From positions 160,001-224,000 of the forward strand of contig CAWCAG010000009.1 in assembly GCA_963793425.1 (NCBI GenBank): a stretch of 64,000 nucleotides of DNA, in the 5' to 3' direction. Both the position numbers and the translations under genes were made by a program. The stretch's first letter is position 1, and every line of letters starts with the position of its first letter. Under the pieces are notes generated by a model. It was not told where the DNA came from. It saw only the letters and a list, made by a program, of their open reading frames with translations, and ran no database searches. Source of the stretch: an uncultured cyanobacterium. Its GTDB lineage: Bacteria; Cyanobacteriota; Cyanobacteriia; Cyanobacteriales; CAWCAG01. This document shows, piece after piece, positions 52,471-62,988 of the stretch.

Positions 52471-52872
52471 TTGAGCAACTACAGGAGGGAATCAATGAGC
52501 AACGACTATGACCGACGCAGAGAACAACTTCGCCTTGAAGAAGAAGAACGCCGTGCTGCGGTGGTAAATCGCAATGCTAGTTTAGTTAGGGTAGTACAAA
52601 TAATTTACTATTTAGTAGGAGCATTAGGGCTACTACTAATCATTCGTGTACTGCTACGCCTTTTTAATGCCAATACAGAAAACATCTTTGCCCAAATAAT
52701 CTATGGTCTTTCTAACCCTTTCGTCGCGCCTTTTTCCACTCTTTTCCCTACTCCTGGCTTAGGAGAATCATCAATATTTGAAATCAATGCCTTAATTGCG
52801 ATCGCCGCTTATTCAATCTTGGCTTGGTTGTTGGTACGTTTAATTTGGTTAGTTGGTAGTCGTTCCCGTTAA
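52471..52872 (+). CDS. YggT-family membrane protein
   Basis: LIIRVLLRLF...IYGLSNPFVAPF; start may be the ATG at 52495. Confidence 0.8.
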   Translation: MSNYRRESMSNDYDRRREQLRLEEEERRAAVVNRNASLVRVVQIIYYLVGALGLLLIIRVLLRLFNANTENIFAQIIYGLSNPFVAPFSTLFPTPGLGESSIFEINALIAIAAYSILAWLLVRLIWLVGSRSR

Positions 52873-52932
52873 GGGCTTAACAGCTTATACCCGACTAATA
52901 TATAAAGAATAAATCCCTGTTAATCTAACCAA

Positions 52933-55758
52933 GTGGTCAAAGATGTCTCAAAACCGAATAACTCTCACCCAGTAGATTTAAAGTCTGGGGCTTCTTCTCC
53001 TTTAGCTAGTTTGGCCACAGGAATTCCTGGAAAAATTCCTCTGCGAGTAGTTTTAATCGTACCTTTTGTCGTACAAATTTTTGCGGCGGTGGCCTTAACT
53101 GGTTACTTATCTTTCCGTAACGGACAGCAAGCAGTAGAAGACTTAGCCAACCAGCTTAGCGGAGAAATTACCAATCGTATCTCTGAGGGTTTGGATAGTT
53201 ATTTACAAACCCCCCACCTTATCAATGAAATTAATGCCCAAAGCACAGAAATTGGTCAATTGAAACTTCAGGAATTCAGTGGTTTGGAACAGCATTTCTT
53301 AAACCAAATGAAGTTATTCGACTCAGCGACTTATATTTATTTAGGTATTCCCAACGGAAACTTTGTAGGAACGGGTAGGGGAAAAGATAATAACCTGGAG
53401 ATTGGTATTAGTGGCGACAATACTAATAATAACTTCAACACCTATGCTACCAACGATAAAGGCAATCCCACTAAACTACTTTCTTCGGTTCCGGAATATA
53501 ATTTGCTTATTCGCCCTTGGTACTTAGAGGCAACTAGCAAAAAGAAACCTGCTTGGGGAGATATCTATCTTTGGACTGCCCCCTATCCTAACTTAGCTTT
53601 ACCTGCTGTCAGACCTCTCTACAACGAACCAGGAGAACTGTTAGGGGTTTTTGCTGTGGATTTATCCCTATTGGATATTAGCGATTTCCTACAGACTTTA
53701 GAGGTGGGAAGGACAGGAGAAACTTTTATCATTGAACGGAATGGCTTATTAGTTGCTAGTTCCACCTCAGAAAAACCTTACTTAACCAAAGCAGCCCAAC
53801 CCCAACGCCTAGCTGCAAATAAAAGTCAAGAACCTCTAATTAAAGCCACCACAGCTTATTTACAACAAAAATACAATAACCTCACCCAAATTGACTCCCT
53901 AGAACAATTTGACTTCAGAATCGCTGGCAACCGCCATATCGTCCAAGTTACCCCTTTCCAAGATGAGTTTGGTTTGGACTGGTTAATTGTGGTGGTAATT
54001 CCTGAAGCTGATTTTATGGCCCAAATCAATGCCAATACCCGCAATACCATCATCCTTTGCCTTAGCGCATTAGGAATCGCAACCTTACTAGGCATCCTAA
54101 CCTCCCGTTGGATTACCAAACCAATTTTGCGCTTAGTCGAAGCTAGCCGTCAAATTTCCCAAGGACAACTAGGACAAACGATTTCTGTCGGAAGCTTCAA
54201 TGAATTACAAATACTTGCCCGTTCCTTCAACCAAATGGCGGCCCAATTACGGGCATCTTTCACAACTTTAGAGCAGAACAACGAAGAATTAGAAAAGCGA
54301 GTTGAAAGGCGTACTTCAGCTTTGCGTCAATCAGAAGAAAAGTTTTCTTTGGCTTTCCATTCTAGTCCTGACTTAATCGCCATCACAACCCTTGATGAAG
54401 GACGTTTTAGGGATGTGAATGAAAGCTTTTTAGTGATTACTGGTTATACTCTTGAAGAAATTATTGGTAAAACCACCACAGAATTAAACAATTGGGTTCA
54501 GGATAGGGATCGTTATAAAGTTAGCCTGTTATTAAGGAAAAAAGGAAGTGTCCGCAACCAAGAAATTGGTTTTTATACCAAATCAGGGAAAGTAAGAACC
54601 GGACTTTTATCAGCCAGAATTATTAACTTAGAGGGGCAAGAATGTTTACTATCTGTAATCAACGACATTACAGAACGTAAACGAGTCCAAGAAGCCTTGC
54701 GGGAAAAAGAAGAATATTTACGCTTAATTCTTGATAATATTCCTCAGCAAGTATTTTGGAAAGATACTAATTTAGTCTTTCAAGGTTGCAATAAAAACTG
54801 GGCGCGGGCAACAGAAGTTGAAGATCCAGAACTAATTATTGGTAAAACCGACTATGACTTGTTACCCAGTCGCCAACAAGCAGAACTTTATCGTACCCAA
54901 GACCAACGCATCATTAAAACAGATACCCCAGAATTACATATCATCGAATTAAAACAAAAACCGGCCCCCAATGGTCAACCAATCTGGCTGGATCTTAACA
55001 AGTTTCCTATTCATGATGCCAAAGGCAAAGTTGTGGGAATTTTAGGGGTATCAGAAGATATTACTCAACGCAGACTAGCAGAAGAAGCCCTACGCATAGA
55101 ACAAGAAAAATCTGAACGTTTGTTACGCAACATTTTACCTGCGGCGATCGCCGAACGCCTAAAACAAGAAACTAATCCCATTGCTGAACAGTTTGAAGAA
55201 GCGACTATCCTCTTTGCTGATATTGTCGGTTTTACTCCCCTTTCCGCTTCTATTTCTCCGACGGAATTAGTTAGTTTACTCAATCACATCTTCTCTTTAT
55301 TTGACCAACTAGCAGAAAAACATTGCTTAGAAAAAATCAAAACTATTGGCGATGCCTACATGGTAGCTGGGGGATTACCCATGCCCATGGAAAATCATAC
55401 CGAAGCGATCGCAGAGATGGCTTTGGATATGCAGCAAGCAGTAGCTGATTTCCAAGACAATCTTTATTTGATATTTCCCCAAAAATCCCTAGCCAATTTA
55501 CAAATTCGTATCGGCATCAATACCGGACCAGTAGTAGCAGGAGTAATTGGTACAACGAAATTTATCTACGATCTCTGGGGAGATCCTGTCAACATCGCTT
55601 CCCGCATGGAGTCTTCAGGATTGCCCGGTAAGATTCAAGTTACGGCCCAGACTTATGAAAAGTTAAAGAGTCGCTATGTGTTGGAAAAACGAGGGGTTAT
55701 TGAAGTTAAAGGTAAGGGGGAAATGACTACTTATTGGTTGATGGGGCTAGGAAGCTAG
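52933..55758 (+). CDS. Class III adenylate/guanylate cyclase (Cache-HAMP-PAS-PAS-cyclase)
   Basis: LFADIVGFT, KTIGDAYM, YDLWGDPVNIASRMES; the K and D specificity residues suggest ATP. Confidence 0.95.
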   Translation: MVKDVSKPNNSHPVDLKSGASSPLASLATGIPGKIPLRVVLIVPFVVQIFAAVALTGYLSFRNGQQAVEDLANQLSGEITNRISEGLDSYLQTPHLINEINAQSTEIGQLKLQEFSGLEQHFLNQMKLFDSATYIYLGIPNGNFVGTGRGKDNNLEIGISGDNTNNNFNTYATNDKGNPTKLLSSVPEYNLLIRPWYLEATSKKKPAWGDIYLWTAPYPNLALPAVRPLYNEPGELLGVFAVDLSLLDISDFLQTLEVGRTGETFIIERNGLLVASSTSEKPYLTKAAQPQRLAANKSQEPLIKATTAYLQQKYNNLTQIDSLEQFDFRIAGNRHIVQVTPFQDEFGLDWLIVVVIPEADFMAQINANTRNTIILCLSALGIATLLGILTSRWITKPILRLVEASRQISQGQLGQTISVGSFNELQILARSFNQMAAQLRASFTTLEQNNEELEKRVERRTSALRQSEEKFSLAFHSSPDLIAITTLDEGRFRDVNESFLVITGYTLEEIIGKTTTELNNWVQDRDRYKVSLLLRKKGSVRNQEIGFYTKSGKVRTGLLSARIINLEGQECLLSVINDITERKRVQEALREKEEYLRLILDNIPQQVFWKDTNLVFQGCNKNWARATEVEDPELIIGKTDYDLLPSRQQAELYRTQDQRIIKTDTPELHIIELKQKPAPNGQPIWLDLNKFPIHDAKGKVVGILGVSEDITQRRLAEEALRIEQEKSERLLRNILPAAIAERLKQETNPIAEQFEEATILFADIVGFTPLSASISPTELVSLLNHIFSLFDQLAEKHCLEKIKTIGDAYMVAGGLPMPMENHTEAIAEMALDMQQAVADFQDNLYLIFPQKSLANLQIRIGINTGPVVAGVIGTTKFIYDLWGDPVNIASRMESSGLPGKIQVTAQTYEKLKSRYVLEKRGVIEVKGKGEMTTYWLMGLGS

Positions 55759-55866
55759 GGAGCTGGGGAGCTAGGGAATCCATGTTTCTACTAGCTACTA
55801 GCTATTAGCAAAAACCAGAATCTATGCGGCATCTCACGTTTACTCTTGATATTGCTATATTCCCAA

Positions 55867-56856
55867 TCAACCACCAATTTGTGACATGGTACGACTGTAC
55901 ATTCCTGTAGTTGTCCCAGAATCTCTTTCTTTAAAATTGATTTCTGGTTTAATTAACAAAATATCGCGAACCTTCTCCCTAATTATCTTAGTATCCATGC
56001 CGCTACGTAAGGCATTTTTAAGATCGATTTGCCCTGTTTCATTAAGCAAACAGGGACGTAACCAGCCGTCGGCAGAAAGGCGCATTCGGTTACAGCGATC
56101 GCAGAAACATTCTGACATTTGCGAAATAAAACCTAATGTTCCTTTCGCGTTAGGAATTTGAAATACATCCGCAGGGCCATTACCTCGGATTTGAGATTCT
56201 GCAAGTCCCCAACGGGAGCGAATTTTCTGCCTGATTTCTTCTGAGGGAACCCAGGCGCGATCGCTAAATAATTCCCCGTTACCGATGGGCATAAATTCAA
56301 TGAAACGAACGTGCCAATTACGGTTAATGGTTAGTTGGGCCAAATCTAAAACCTCTTGTTCATTCACCCCCGGAATCACCACCACATTTAATTTTAAGGG
56401 GTTGAACCCCACCTCATAAGCGGCTTGAATCCCCTCCCAAGTTTGTTGCCAACGGCTTCTACCGCGATTACCGATGATTTTGTCAAAAGTTTCTGAATTA
56501 AGGGAGTCTAGGCTAATATTAATACGTCGCAAACCAGCATTGTAGAGGTCTTGGGCTAAATCCTTTAGTAAGAAAGCGTTGGTTGTCATAGCTAGATCCT
56601 GGGTTTCTGGTAAGGAAGCAATTTCCCTTACTAAATCTACTACCCCAGGGCGTAATAAAGGTTCGCCCCCAGTTAAACGGAATTTGCGGAAACCGACGGG
56701 AATAAAGACTTCTTTAAGTAAGGTGATTAGTTCTTGGGAGGTAAGTAATTCTTGTTTAAGTACATAATCTAGTTCTTCCCCTTCCGGCATACAGTACTGA
56801 CAACGGAAGTTACAACGATCTATTAAGCTGATGCGTAGATAATCTACTTGATTCAT
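55867..56856 (-). CDS. moaA: GTP 3',8-cyclase
   Basis: CNFRCQYC radical-SAM motif, CDRCNRMR, terminal MSQIGG. Confidence 0.97.
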   Translation of the reverse strand: MNQVDYLRISLIDRCNFRCQYCMPEGEELDYVLKQELLTSQELITLLKEVFIPVGFRKFRLTGGEPLLRPGVVDLVREIASLPETQDLAMTTNAFLLKDLAQDLYNAGLRRINISLDSLNSETFDKIIGNRGRSRWQQTWEGIQAAYEVGFNPLKLNVVVIPGVNEQEVLDLAQLTINRNWHVRFIEFMPIGNGELFSDRAWVPSEEIRQKIRSRWGLAESQIRGNGPADVFQIPNAKGTLGFISQMSECFCDRCNRMRLSADGWLRPCLLNETGQIDLKNALRSGMDTKIIREKVRDILLIKPEINFKERDSGTTTGMYSRTMSQIGG

Positions 56857-57018
56857 TAAAATTTAGGGTTAAATTGTATTTTTATACTTATAAGAATGCT
56901 AACGCAGATAAATAAGCTGGTATTGCTCAAAAGTAAGGAGTGCGAGGGCTAATTAACTTAATCTTAAAAGTACCAACGTGATAGCAAAACAGAATACTTT
57001 ATCAAGGGAGAGAAGAAT

Positions 57019-57450
57019 ATGTCTGAATTGAGTGTTGTTAAAGGTAGCTGCTTATGTAGTGCGGTGAAAATTTCTACAGCTAGTATCAATCCTCACGTAT
57101 CAGCCTGTCATTGTAATATTTGTCGCAAATGGGGCGGGGCAGCTTTACTAGGAGTTGAATGTAACGAGGGGGTTAGTTTTGAGGGAGAAGAAAATATTGG
57201 GGTTTACGAATCTTCAGAATGGGCAGAACGTGGATTTTGTCAAAAGTGTGGTAGTCATCTATTTTATAGATTAAAAGAAAACAATCATTACTTTGTACCA
57301 GTAGGTATTTTTGATAATAGCGAAAATCTTGTCTTCAACCTTCAAGTTTTTATTGAAGAGAAACCTGACTATTACTCTTTTGCCAATGAAACTAAGAATA
57401 TGACAGGGGAAGAGGTTTTTGCTATGTTTGCATCTCTTTTTGAAAAGTAG
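57019..57450 (+). CDS. GFA (CENP-V) family protein
   Basis: GSCLC, CHCNICRK, RGFCQKCGS motifs. Confidence 0.93.
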   Translation: MSELSVVKGSCLCSAVKISTASINPHVSACHCNICRKWGGAALLGVECNEGVSFEGEENIGVYESSEWAERGFCQKCGSHLFYRLKENNHYFVPVGIFDNSENLVFNLQVFIEEKPDYYSFANETKNMTGEEVFAMFASLFEK

Positions 57451-57526
57451 TTTTCTAGTTGTAGCGTCTGCGTGCCTGAGAAGCCGGCTATAAGCATCGC
57501 AATTTAATAGCGCGATCGCAGATCCC

Positions 57527-57588
57527 GTAGGGGGGCAATTTTCTCCGATTAGTTTAATCACAAATAGATTATTTTTTGCCCACCCTAC
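57527..57588. repeat. REP/REPIN-like doublet
   Basis: GTAGGGGGGCAA...TTGCCCACCCTAC; same family as the 10590 cluster. Confidence 0.75.
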
Positions 57589-57649
57589 TTTAAAATTTAC
57601 TGTTGAGAGACGGGAATAAAGCTTAGTGTATTTGATGATTTTGGCACAG

Positions 57650-57838
57650 TAAGGTTACTTTATCGTTCATTTGACTTACTCTGCCATTAATTTGACTTAC
57701 TGTGCGACATATTTCACTTACGGAATGATTTATTTGGCTTACTCTGCCATTTATTTGACTTACTTTACAATTCCTCGAACTTACTGTGTCATATATTTAG
57801 CTTACGGAATGATTTATTTAGCTTGCAGTATAATTTTG
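57650..57838. repeat. Degenerate 21-bp tandem array (7 clear units plus 2 weak flanking units)
   Basis: Units start at 57671, 57692, 57713, 57734, 57755, 57776, 57797 with a conserved CTTAC core. Confidence 0.85.
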
Positions 57839-57923
57839 GAATGGGAAAATGCGATTGCCTACGCACTCTTGTAAAAAGAGTCCTGTAAAATAAAACCATG
57901 TTTATCTGGCGGAGATTAGGAAA

Positions 57924-58283
57924 GTGAGTGCTACGAAAGAGAAAATCGTTGAAAAGCTTGACATTTTGCCAGAATCATTAGTCCAAGAAATTCTCATCTT
58001 TGTAGAGTTTCTCTGTTGGCAAACTGATCATCCTCAACTAAAAAGTTTGCTCATTGAACAACTACTTAATCCTAATGTTAATGGTGCTGAGTTCAAAACT
58101 TCAGAAAATAGGCAACCTTCTAAGCAAGAAGAAGTAGATCCTATTTCTCCTTTACTAGGTACTTTACACTCAGAAATTACCGATATTGGCGAAAATCATG
58201 ACCAATATTTAAGCATTGATACCCACCATCAATTGACCAGAGAATCCCTGAGTAATGGTGGGCAAGTATCTCAAATAAATTGA
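57924..58283 (+). CDS. DUF2281-like (antitoxin-like) small protein
   Basis: LDILPESLVQEILIFVEFL; later DPISPLLGTL..TDIGENHDQYL. Confidence 0.55.
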   Translation: MSATKEKIVEKLDILPESLVQEILIFVEFLCWQTDHPQLKSLLIEQLLNPNVNGAEFKTSENRQPSKQEEVDPISPLLGTLHSEITDIGENHDQYLSIDTHHQLTRESLSNGGQVSQIN

Positions 58284-58296
58284 GTTAGCAAATAGA

Positions 58297-59181
58297 CTAT
58301 TTTTTGGCCACCCGACTAGGGCTAGGGTTAGGACTCCCATCAGGCAATAAATAGCCTAAATCTTGTAAAAAAGCTCGCAGTGCTGTAGGAAAATCTGTAT
58401 AGGTTCCAATCACATCACCTTGATCATTAGAAATCTCCAGTCCCCAATCAGAATCACGGTCATAATTAGCTAACATAAACTCCCAACCTTCCTCAAACTC
58501 CCCTAACAAAATCTTTTGGGCTACATAGCTGGCGAGGACATTATTAACTCCGTAACCTTGGGATTGCCATTCCCGAATAGCCAGATACATCTGCCAAGCG
58601 TGTCCTTCCATCTCCTGGGGAAACTGCTGGGTTGTATCCACAAACCGACCATTTTCCAGGGATAAAATCATCAAAGGGGGAAAGGAAGTAACATAAGGGC
58701 CAAAAGCATAGAAAAAGGCATTATCGAAACTGGAGAACTCTTGAGTACCATTACCATCAAGATCCTCAAAACGTCCCGCCCCACCATCAAGATAGCCTGT
58801 AGTTGCCTTAGCAAAGCCATCCCCTTGCCAAGTATAAACTGAAAAAGTAGTACAACAATGAGCGCCTCCAGAATAGGTACTGATAATTACCTCATTGGTT
58901 CCATCGTTGTTGATATCATCGAGTTTAACAGCACTGTTTGTAGTAGTTTCTTCAGAAGTATCTACATAAAGAGTTTCCCCATAAAAGATTTGGTATTTCA
59001 ACGGCGCATCATATCTGTCTTCGATAAGTTCGTAGTTAACGATTACACGCACCGTACCATCGGATAATTCTTCGTTGAGAATAGTTTCGCGGTTAATTTC
59101 CAATTCTGTTGCTGCTAAAGTAGGGCTTGCTAGCAGAGATATTCCGAAAATTAGTCCAGCGAGGGTTTTAATTGATTTCAT
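58297..59181 (-). CDS. Secreted acidic hypothetical protein with DxDxDG loops
   Basis: Signal peptide; DINNDGTNE, YSGGAHCC, DLDGNGTQE. Confidence 0.8.
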   Translation of the reverse strand: MKSIKTLAGLIFGISLLASPTLAATELEINRETILNEELSDGTVRVIVNYELIEDRYDAPLKYQIFYGETLYVDTSEETTTNSAVKLDDINNDGTNEVIISTYSGGAHCCTTFSVYTWQGDGFAKATTGYLDGGAGRFEDLDGNGTQEFSSFDNAFFYAFGPYVTSFPPLMILSLENGRFVDTTQQFPQEMEGHAWQMYLAIREWQSQGYGVNNVLASYVAQKILLGEFEEGWEFMLANYDRDSDWGLEISNDQGDVIGTYTDFPTALRAFLQDLGYLLPDGSPNPSPSRVAKK

Positions 59182-59351
59182 TTTGACAAGATCAGGTAAT
59201 TTAGCTTAATTTATTATTCACTTAGCAAACCAGGATTTCCCGAAGCTGCATTACAGGATTAAATTTTTTTTCTCAAAAGTTTTGTTAAAACATAATAATG
59301 AGCGGATTAATTTACCCTCTGAACTACCACCTAACTTAGAACCAAGTCTAT

Positions 59352-62290
59352 ATGCTTAATTTGGATGCTACACTTCTGCTTAGTTCCCCACAAAAGCCAA
59401 TGCCATTAGAAGAAATCACGGCAACAGAAGCATTTGCCCAAAGGCATATAGGCCCAATTCTCAAGAAGTGGCAAAAATGCTAGAATATCTTGGCTTTTCT
59501 AGTTTAGATAAATTAATAGACCAAGCCGTACCTAGTACTATTCGCCTCAAACAACTTTTAAGTTTACCCCAGGCAAAAAGTGAATATGAAGCCCTTTCTC
59601 AATTAAAAGAAATAGCGGCCAAAAATCAGGTTTTACGTTCCTTTTTAGGTATGGGTTATCACGACTGCATCACCCCGCCAGTTATTCAACGCAACATTTT
59701 AGAAAATCCTGGTTGGTATACAGCTTATACTCCCTATCAAGCAGAAATTGCCCAAGGGAGATTAGAGGCACTGCTTAACTTTCAAACCGCCATTATTGAG
59801 TTAACGGGTTTAGATATTGCTAACGCTTCCTTACTTGATGAAGCAACTGCTGCTGCCGAAGCGATGGCCATGAGTTATGGTTTGTGCAAAACTAAGGCGC
59901 AAAGCTTTTTTGTTTCCAGTTTCTGTCATCCCCAAACTATTGAAGTTGTGCAAACCCGCGCTTTACCTTTAGGGATTGAGGTAGTTGTGGACGATCATCG
60001 CTTCTTCAACTTCGATGTTCCCATCTTTGGAGCATTGCTGCAATATCCTGCCACCGATGGGGCGATTTATAATTACCGGGAATTTATTGATCATGCCCAT
60101 GCCGCTAAAGCTTTAGTTACCATCGCCGCAGATCCTTTAAGCCTGGCTTTATTAACTCCTCCTGGGGAATTGGGGGCAGATATTGCGGTAGGTAGTACCC
60201 AACGTTTTGGAGTTCCCCTGGGTTATGGTGGGCCTCATGCAGCCTACTTTGCTACAAGGGAGAAATTTAAACGCCAAGTACCAGGGAGAATTGTCGGGGT
60301 TTCTCAAGATAGCCAGGGGAAACCTGCTTTACGTTTGGCTTTGCAAACCCGTGAACAACATATCCGTCGGGATAAAGCTACTAGTAATATTTGTACCGCC
60401 CAGGTTTTATTGGCGGTGATTGCTTCAATGTATGCAGTGTATCATGGGGCAGAAGGGATTAAACGCATTGCTACTAAGGTGCATCGCTTAGCTGTCGTTT
60501 TGGCAGCAGGTCTGAAAAGATTGGGTTATAGTATCAACGATGAACCCTTCTTTGATACTGTGCGCATCGGTGTGGGAGAAAGTAGTGCCTCTGTGGTAGT
60601 TGATGTGGCGAGGAAAGCAGGTTTTAATTTGCGACTTTTGGATGGGGGGGCAGTGGGTATTGCTTTAGATGAAACCACTACCCTAGAAGAGTTGGTGAAA
60701 TTGTGGCAGATTTTTTCTATTCGGGAAGAGTTACCTTTCACCCTAGAGGAATTAGTTACAGAAACTTTAAGCAAAACCGGTGGTTATCTACCTCCCTATT
60801 GCCTCCGTAGCAGTAGCTATTTAACCAACCCTGTCTTTAATAGCTACCATTCCGAAACTGAATTACTCCGCTATCTCCACCAGCTAGAAACAAAGGATCT
60901 TTCCCTCACCACCTCCATGATTCCTTTGGGTTCCTGTACCATGAAACTCAATGCTACCGCAGAGATGCTTCCAGTCACTTGGACTGAGTTTGGTAAAATC
61001 CATCCCTTTGCCCCCCTCTCCCAAACCCAAGGTTATCAAGAATTGTTCCAACAATTAGCAGCCTGGTTAAGCGAAATAACTGGCTTTGCTGCAACCTCCT
61101 TACAACCAAATGCAGGTTCCCAAGGAGAATATGCCGGATTGCAAGTCATTCGCCAATATCATCAACAAAGGGGAGAAGGACATCGCCAGATTTGCTTAAT
61201 TCCTGAATCTGCCCATGGTACAAACCCTGCAAGTGCAGTCATGTGTGGGTTGAAGGTGGTGGCAGTTAAATGTGATAGTGAAGGAAATATTGCGATCGCC
61301 GATTTACAAGCCAAAGCAGAAAAGCATCAAGCTAACCTCGCTGCATTAATGATTACCTATCCTTCTACCCATGGTGTTTTTGAAGCAGGAATTAAAGAAA
61401 TTTGCGCCATTGTTCACAACTATGGGGGGCAGGTTTATTTAGATGGGGCTAATATGAATGCCCAAGTAGGGTTATGTCGCCCAGGAGATATGGGGGCTGA
61501 TGTTTGTCACCTCAACTTACATAAAACTTTCTGCATTCCCCACGGTGGAGGTGGCCCAGGTATGGGACCGATTGGGGTTGCAAGTCATTTAGTTCCCTTT
61601 TTACCAGGTCACTGCGTAGTTAATATAACCGATGATCAAGAAGCATTAGGAGCTATTTCCGCCGCACCCTGGGGGAGTGCCAGTATCTTACCCATTTCCT
61701 GGATGTATATTGCCATGATGGGGGCAGAAGGGTTAACAGAAGCCACAAAAATAGCCATATTAAACGCCAATTATATGGCTCGTCGCCTTGATGAACATTA
61801 CCCAGTGTTATTTAAAGGAGAATCTGGTTTAGTGGCCCATGAATGTATTGTGGATTTACGACCAGTGAAAAAGCAGGCGGGAATTCAGGTTGATGATGTG
61901 GCTAAGCGGTTAATGGATTATGGTTTCCATGCCCCGACAGTTTCTTGGCCTGTAACGGGAACAATGATGATTGAACCAACGGAAAGCGAAAGTTTGCCAG
62001 AATTAGATCGTTTCTGTGAAGCGGCGATCGCCATTCGCCAAGAAATAGCCGCTATTGAAGCAGGCAAAGCAGATCCTGAAGATAATCTGCTTAAAAATGC
62101 CCCCCATACCGCAGAAGTATTATTAACCGGAGAATGGCAACATCCCTATTCCCGCGAAGAAGCAGCCTATCCTGCTTCCTGGCTGAGAGAACATAAATTT
62201 TGGCCCAGTGTGAGTCGGATTGATAATGCCTTCGGCGATCGCAATTTAGTGTGTTCCTGTGCAGGAATGGAGGCTTATACTGCTTCCTAA
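59352..62290 (+). CDS. gcvP: Glycine dehydrogenase, P protein (1-nt frameshift near 59456)
   Basis: [29 protein letters not shown]. Upstream frame from ATG 59352 reads FAQRHIGP and lacks one A. Confidence 0.95.
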
Positions 62291-62374
62291 AGTTGGTTAA
62301 ACGGCAATTAGGAGCTAGGGAGCTGGGGAACTGGGGAGCTAGACTGATCATTGGCTTGCCGTTGCCGTTAGGCA

Positions 62375-62785
62375 TCATTGATTATTGACTTGCTTAACTG
62401 CGATCGCTAACTTAACTCCCTCAACTTGCCTGATACGATCCATCACTGCCACAACATCACCGTGATAAGCTTTCTCATCAGCATTAACTAATACCAAAGA
62501 TTCAACTCCTGGCTCTACTAACTTACTTAATTCTGTCTGAATTTGTTCTAGGTTAACTGGCTGACGATTAATAGCAACAGTTCTTTCTTTAGTGACAGTA
62601 ACATCAATTGTCTTAGTCTGTTGAGTTTGAGCCGTTCCTGCTTCTGGTAAATTAACTGGCAGTACCTCAGAACGAGTTAAATAAAGAGTAGAAAGAATCA
62701 CGAAAGCAAGAATCACAAAAATAACATCAATAGCAGGCAAGATGTTAATTGAGAAGGGTTGTTCTGGCTCTTCTGGTAGTTGCAT
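62375..62785 (-). CDS. exbD: Biopolymer transport protein ExbD/TolR
   Basis: INILPAIDVIFVIL, VNLPEA, NADEKAYHGDVV motifs. Confidence 0.9.
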   Translation of the reverse strand: MQLPEEPEQPFSINILPAIDVIFVILAFVILSTLYLTRSEVLPVNLPEAGTAQTQQTKTIDVTVTKERTVAINRQPVNLEQIQTELSKLVEPGVESLVLVNADEKAYHGDVVAVMDRIRQVEGVKLAIAVKQVNNQ

Positions 62786-62828
62786 AGCTGTTGGGAGTTG
62801 GGGAGTTGGGGAAAAAAGTAATATCTGA

Positions 62829-62945
62829 TATTAAATCCGGTTTGTGAAGTACCTTGATAAAATTGACGAATCAAAGTTTGGCGAGGCCCCTACTCTCTGC
62901 CCTAACAGATTATAATAGTTAATCACCGCAATACTAACCGACTTA
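62829..62945. mobile_element. Degenerate MITE related to the 20427 element
   Basis: AAGTACCTTGATAAAAT nearly matches the reverse complement of 20534-20550. Confidence 0.4.
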
Positions 62946-62988
62946 CCGGAAATACTCATTTACCCGCCGATCGCAATTTTTTAACATC

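Noticed and set aside
57650..57838. Possible CRISPR array
   Set aside because: Period is only 21 bp, variable parts recur, and no cas genes are in the window.
57671..57874. Plus-strand Tyr-rich 67-aa ORF
   Set aside because: By-product of the 21-bp array; no independent coding evidence.
59440..59470. Programmed frameshift in gcvP
   Set aside because: No slippery heptamer or stimulatory structure seen; a single-base error is simpler.
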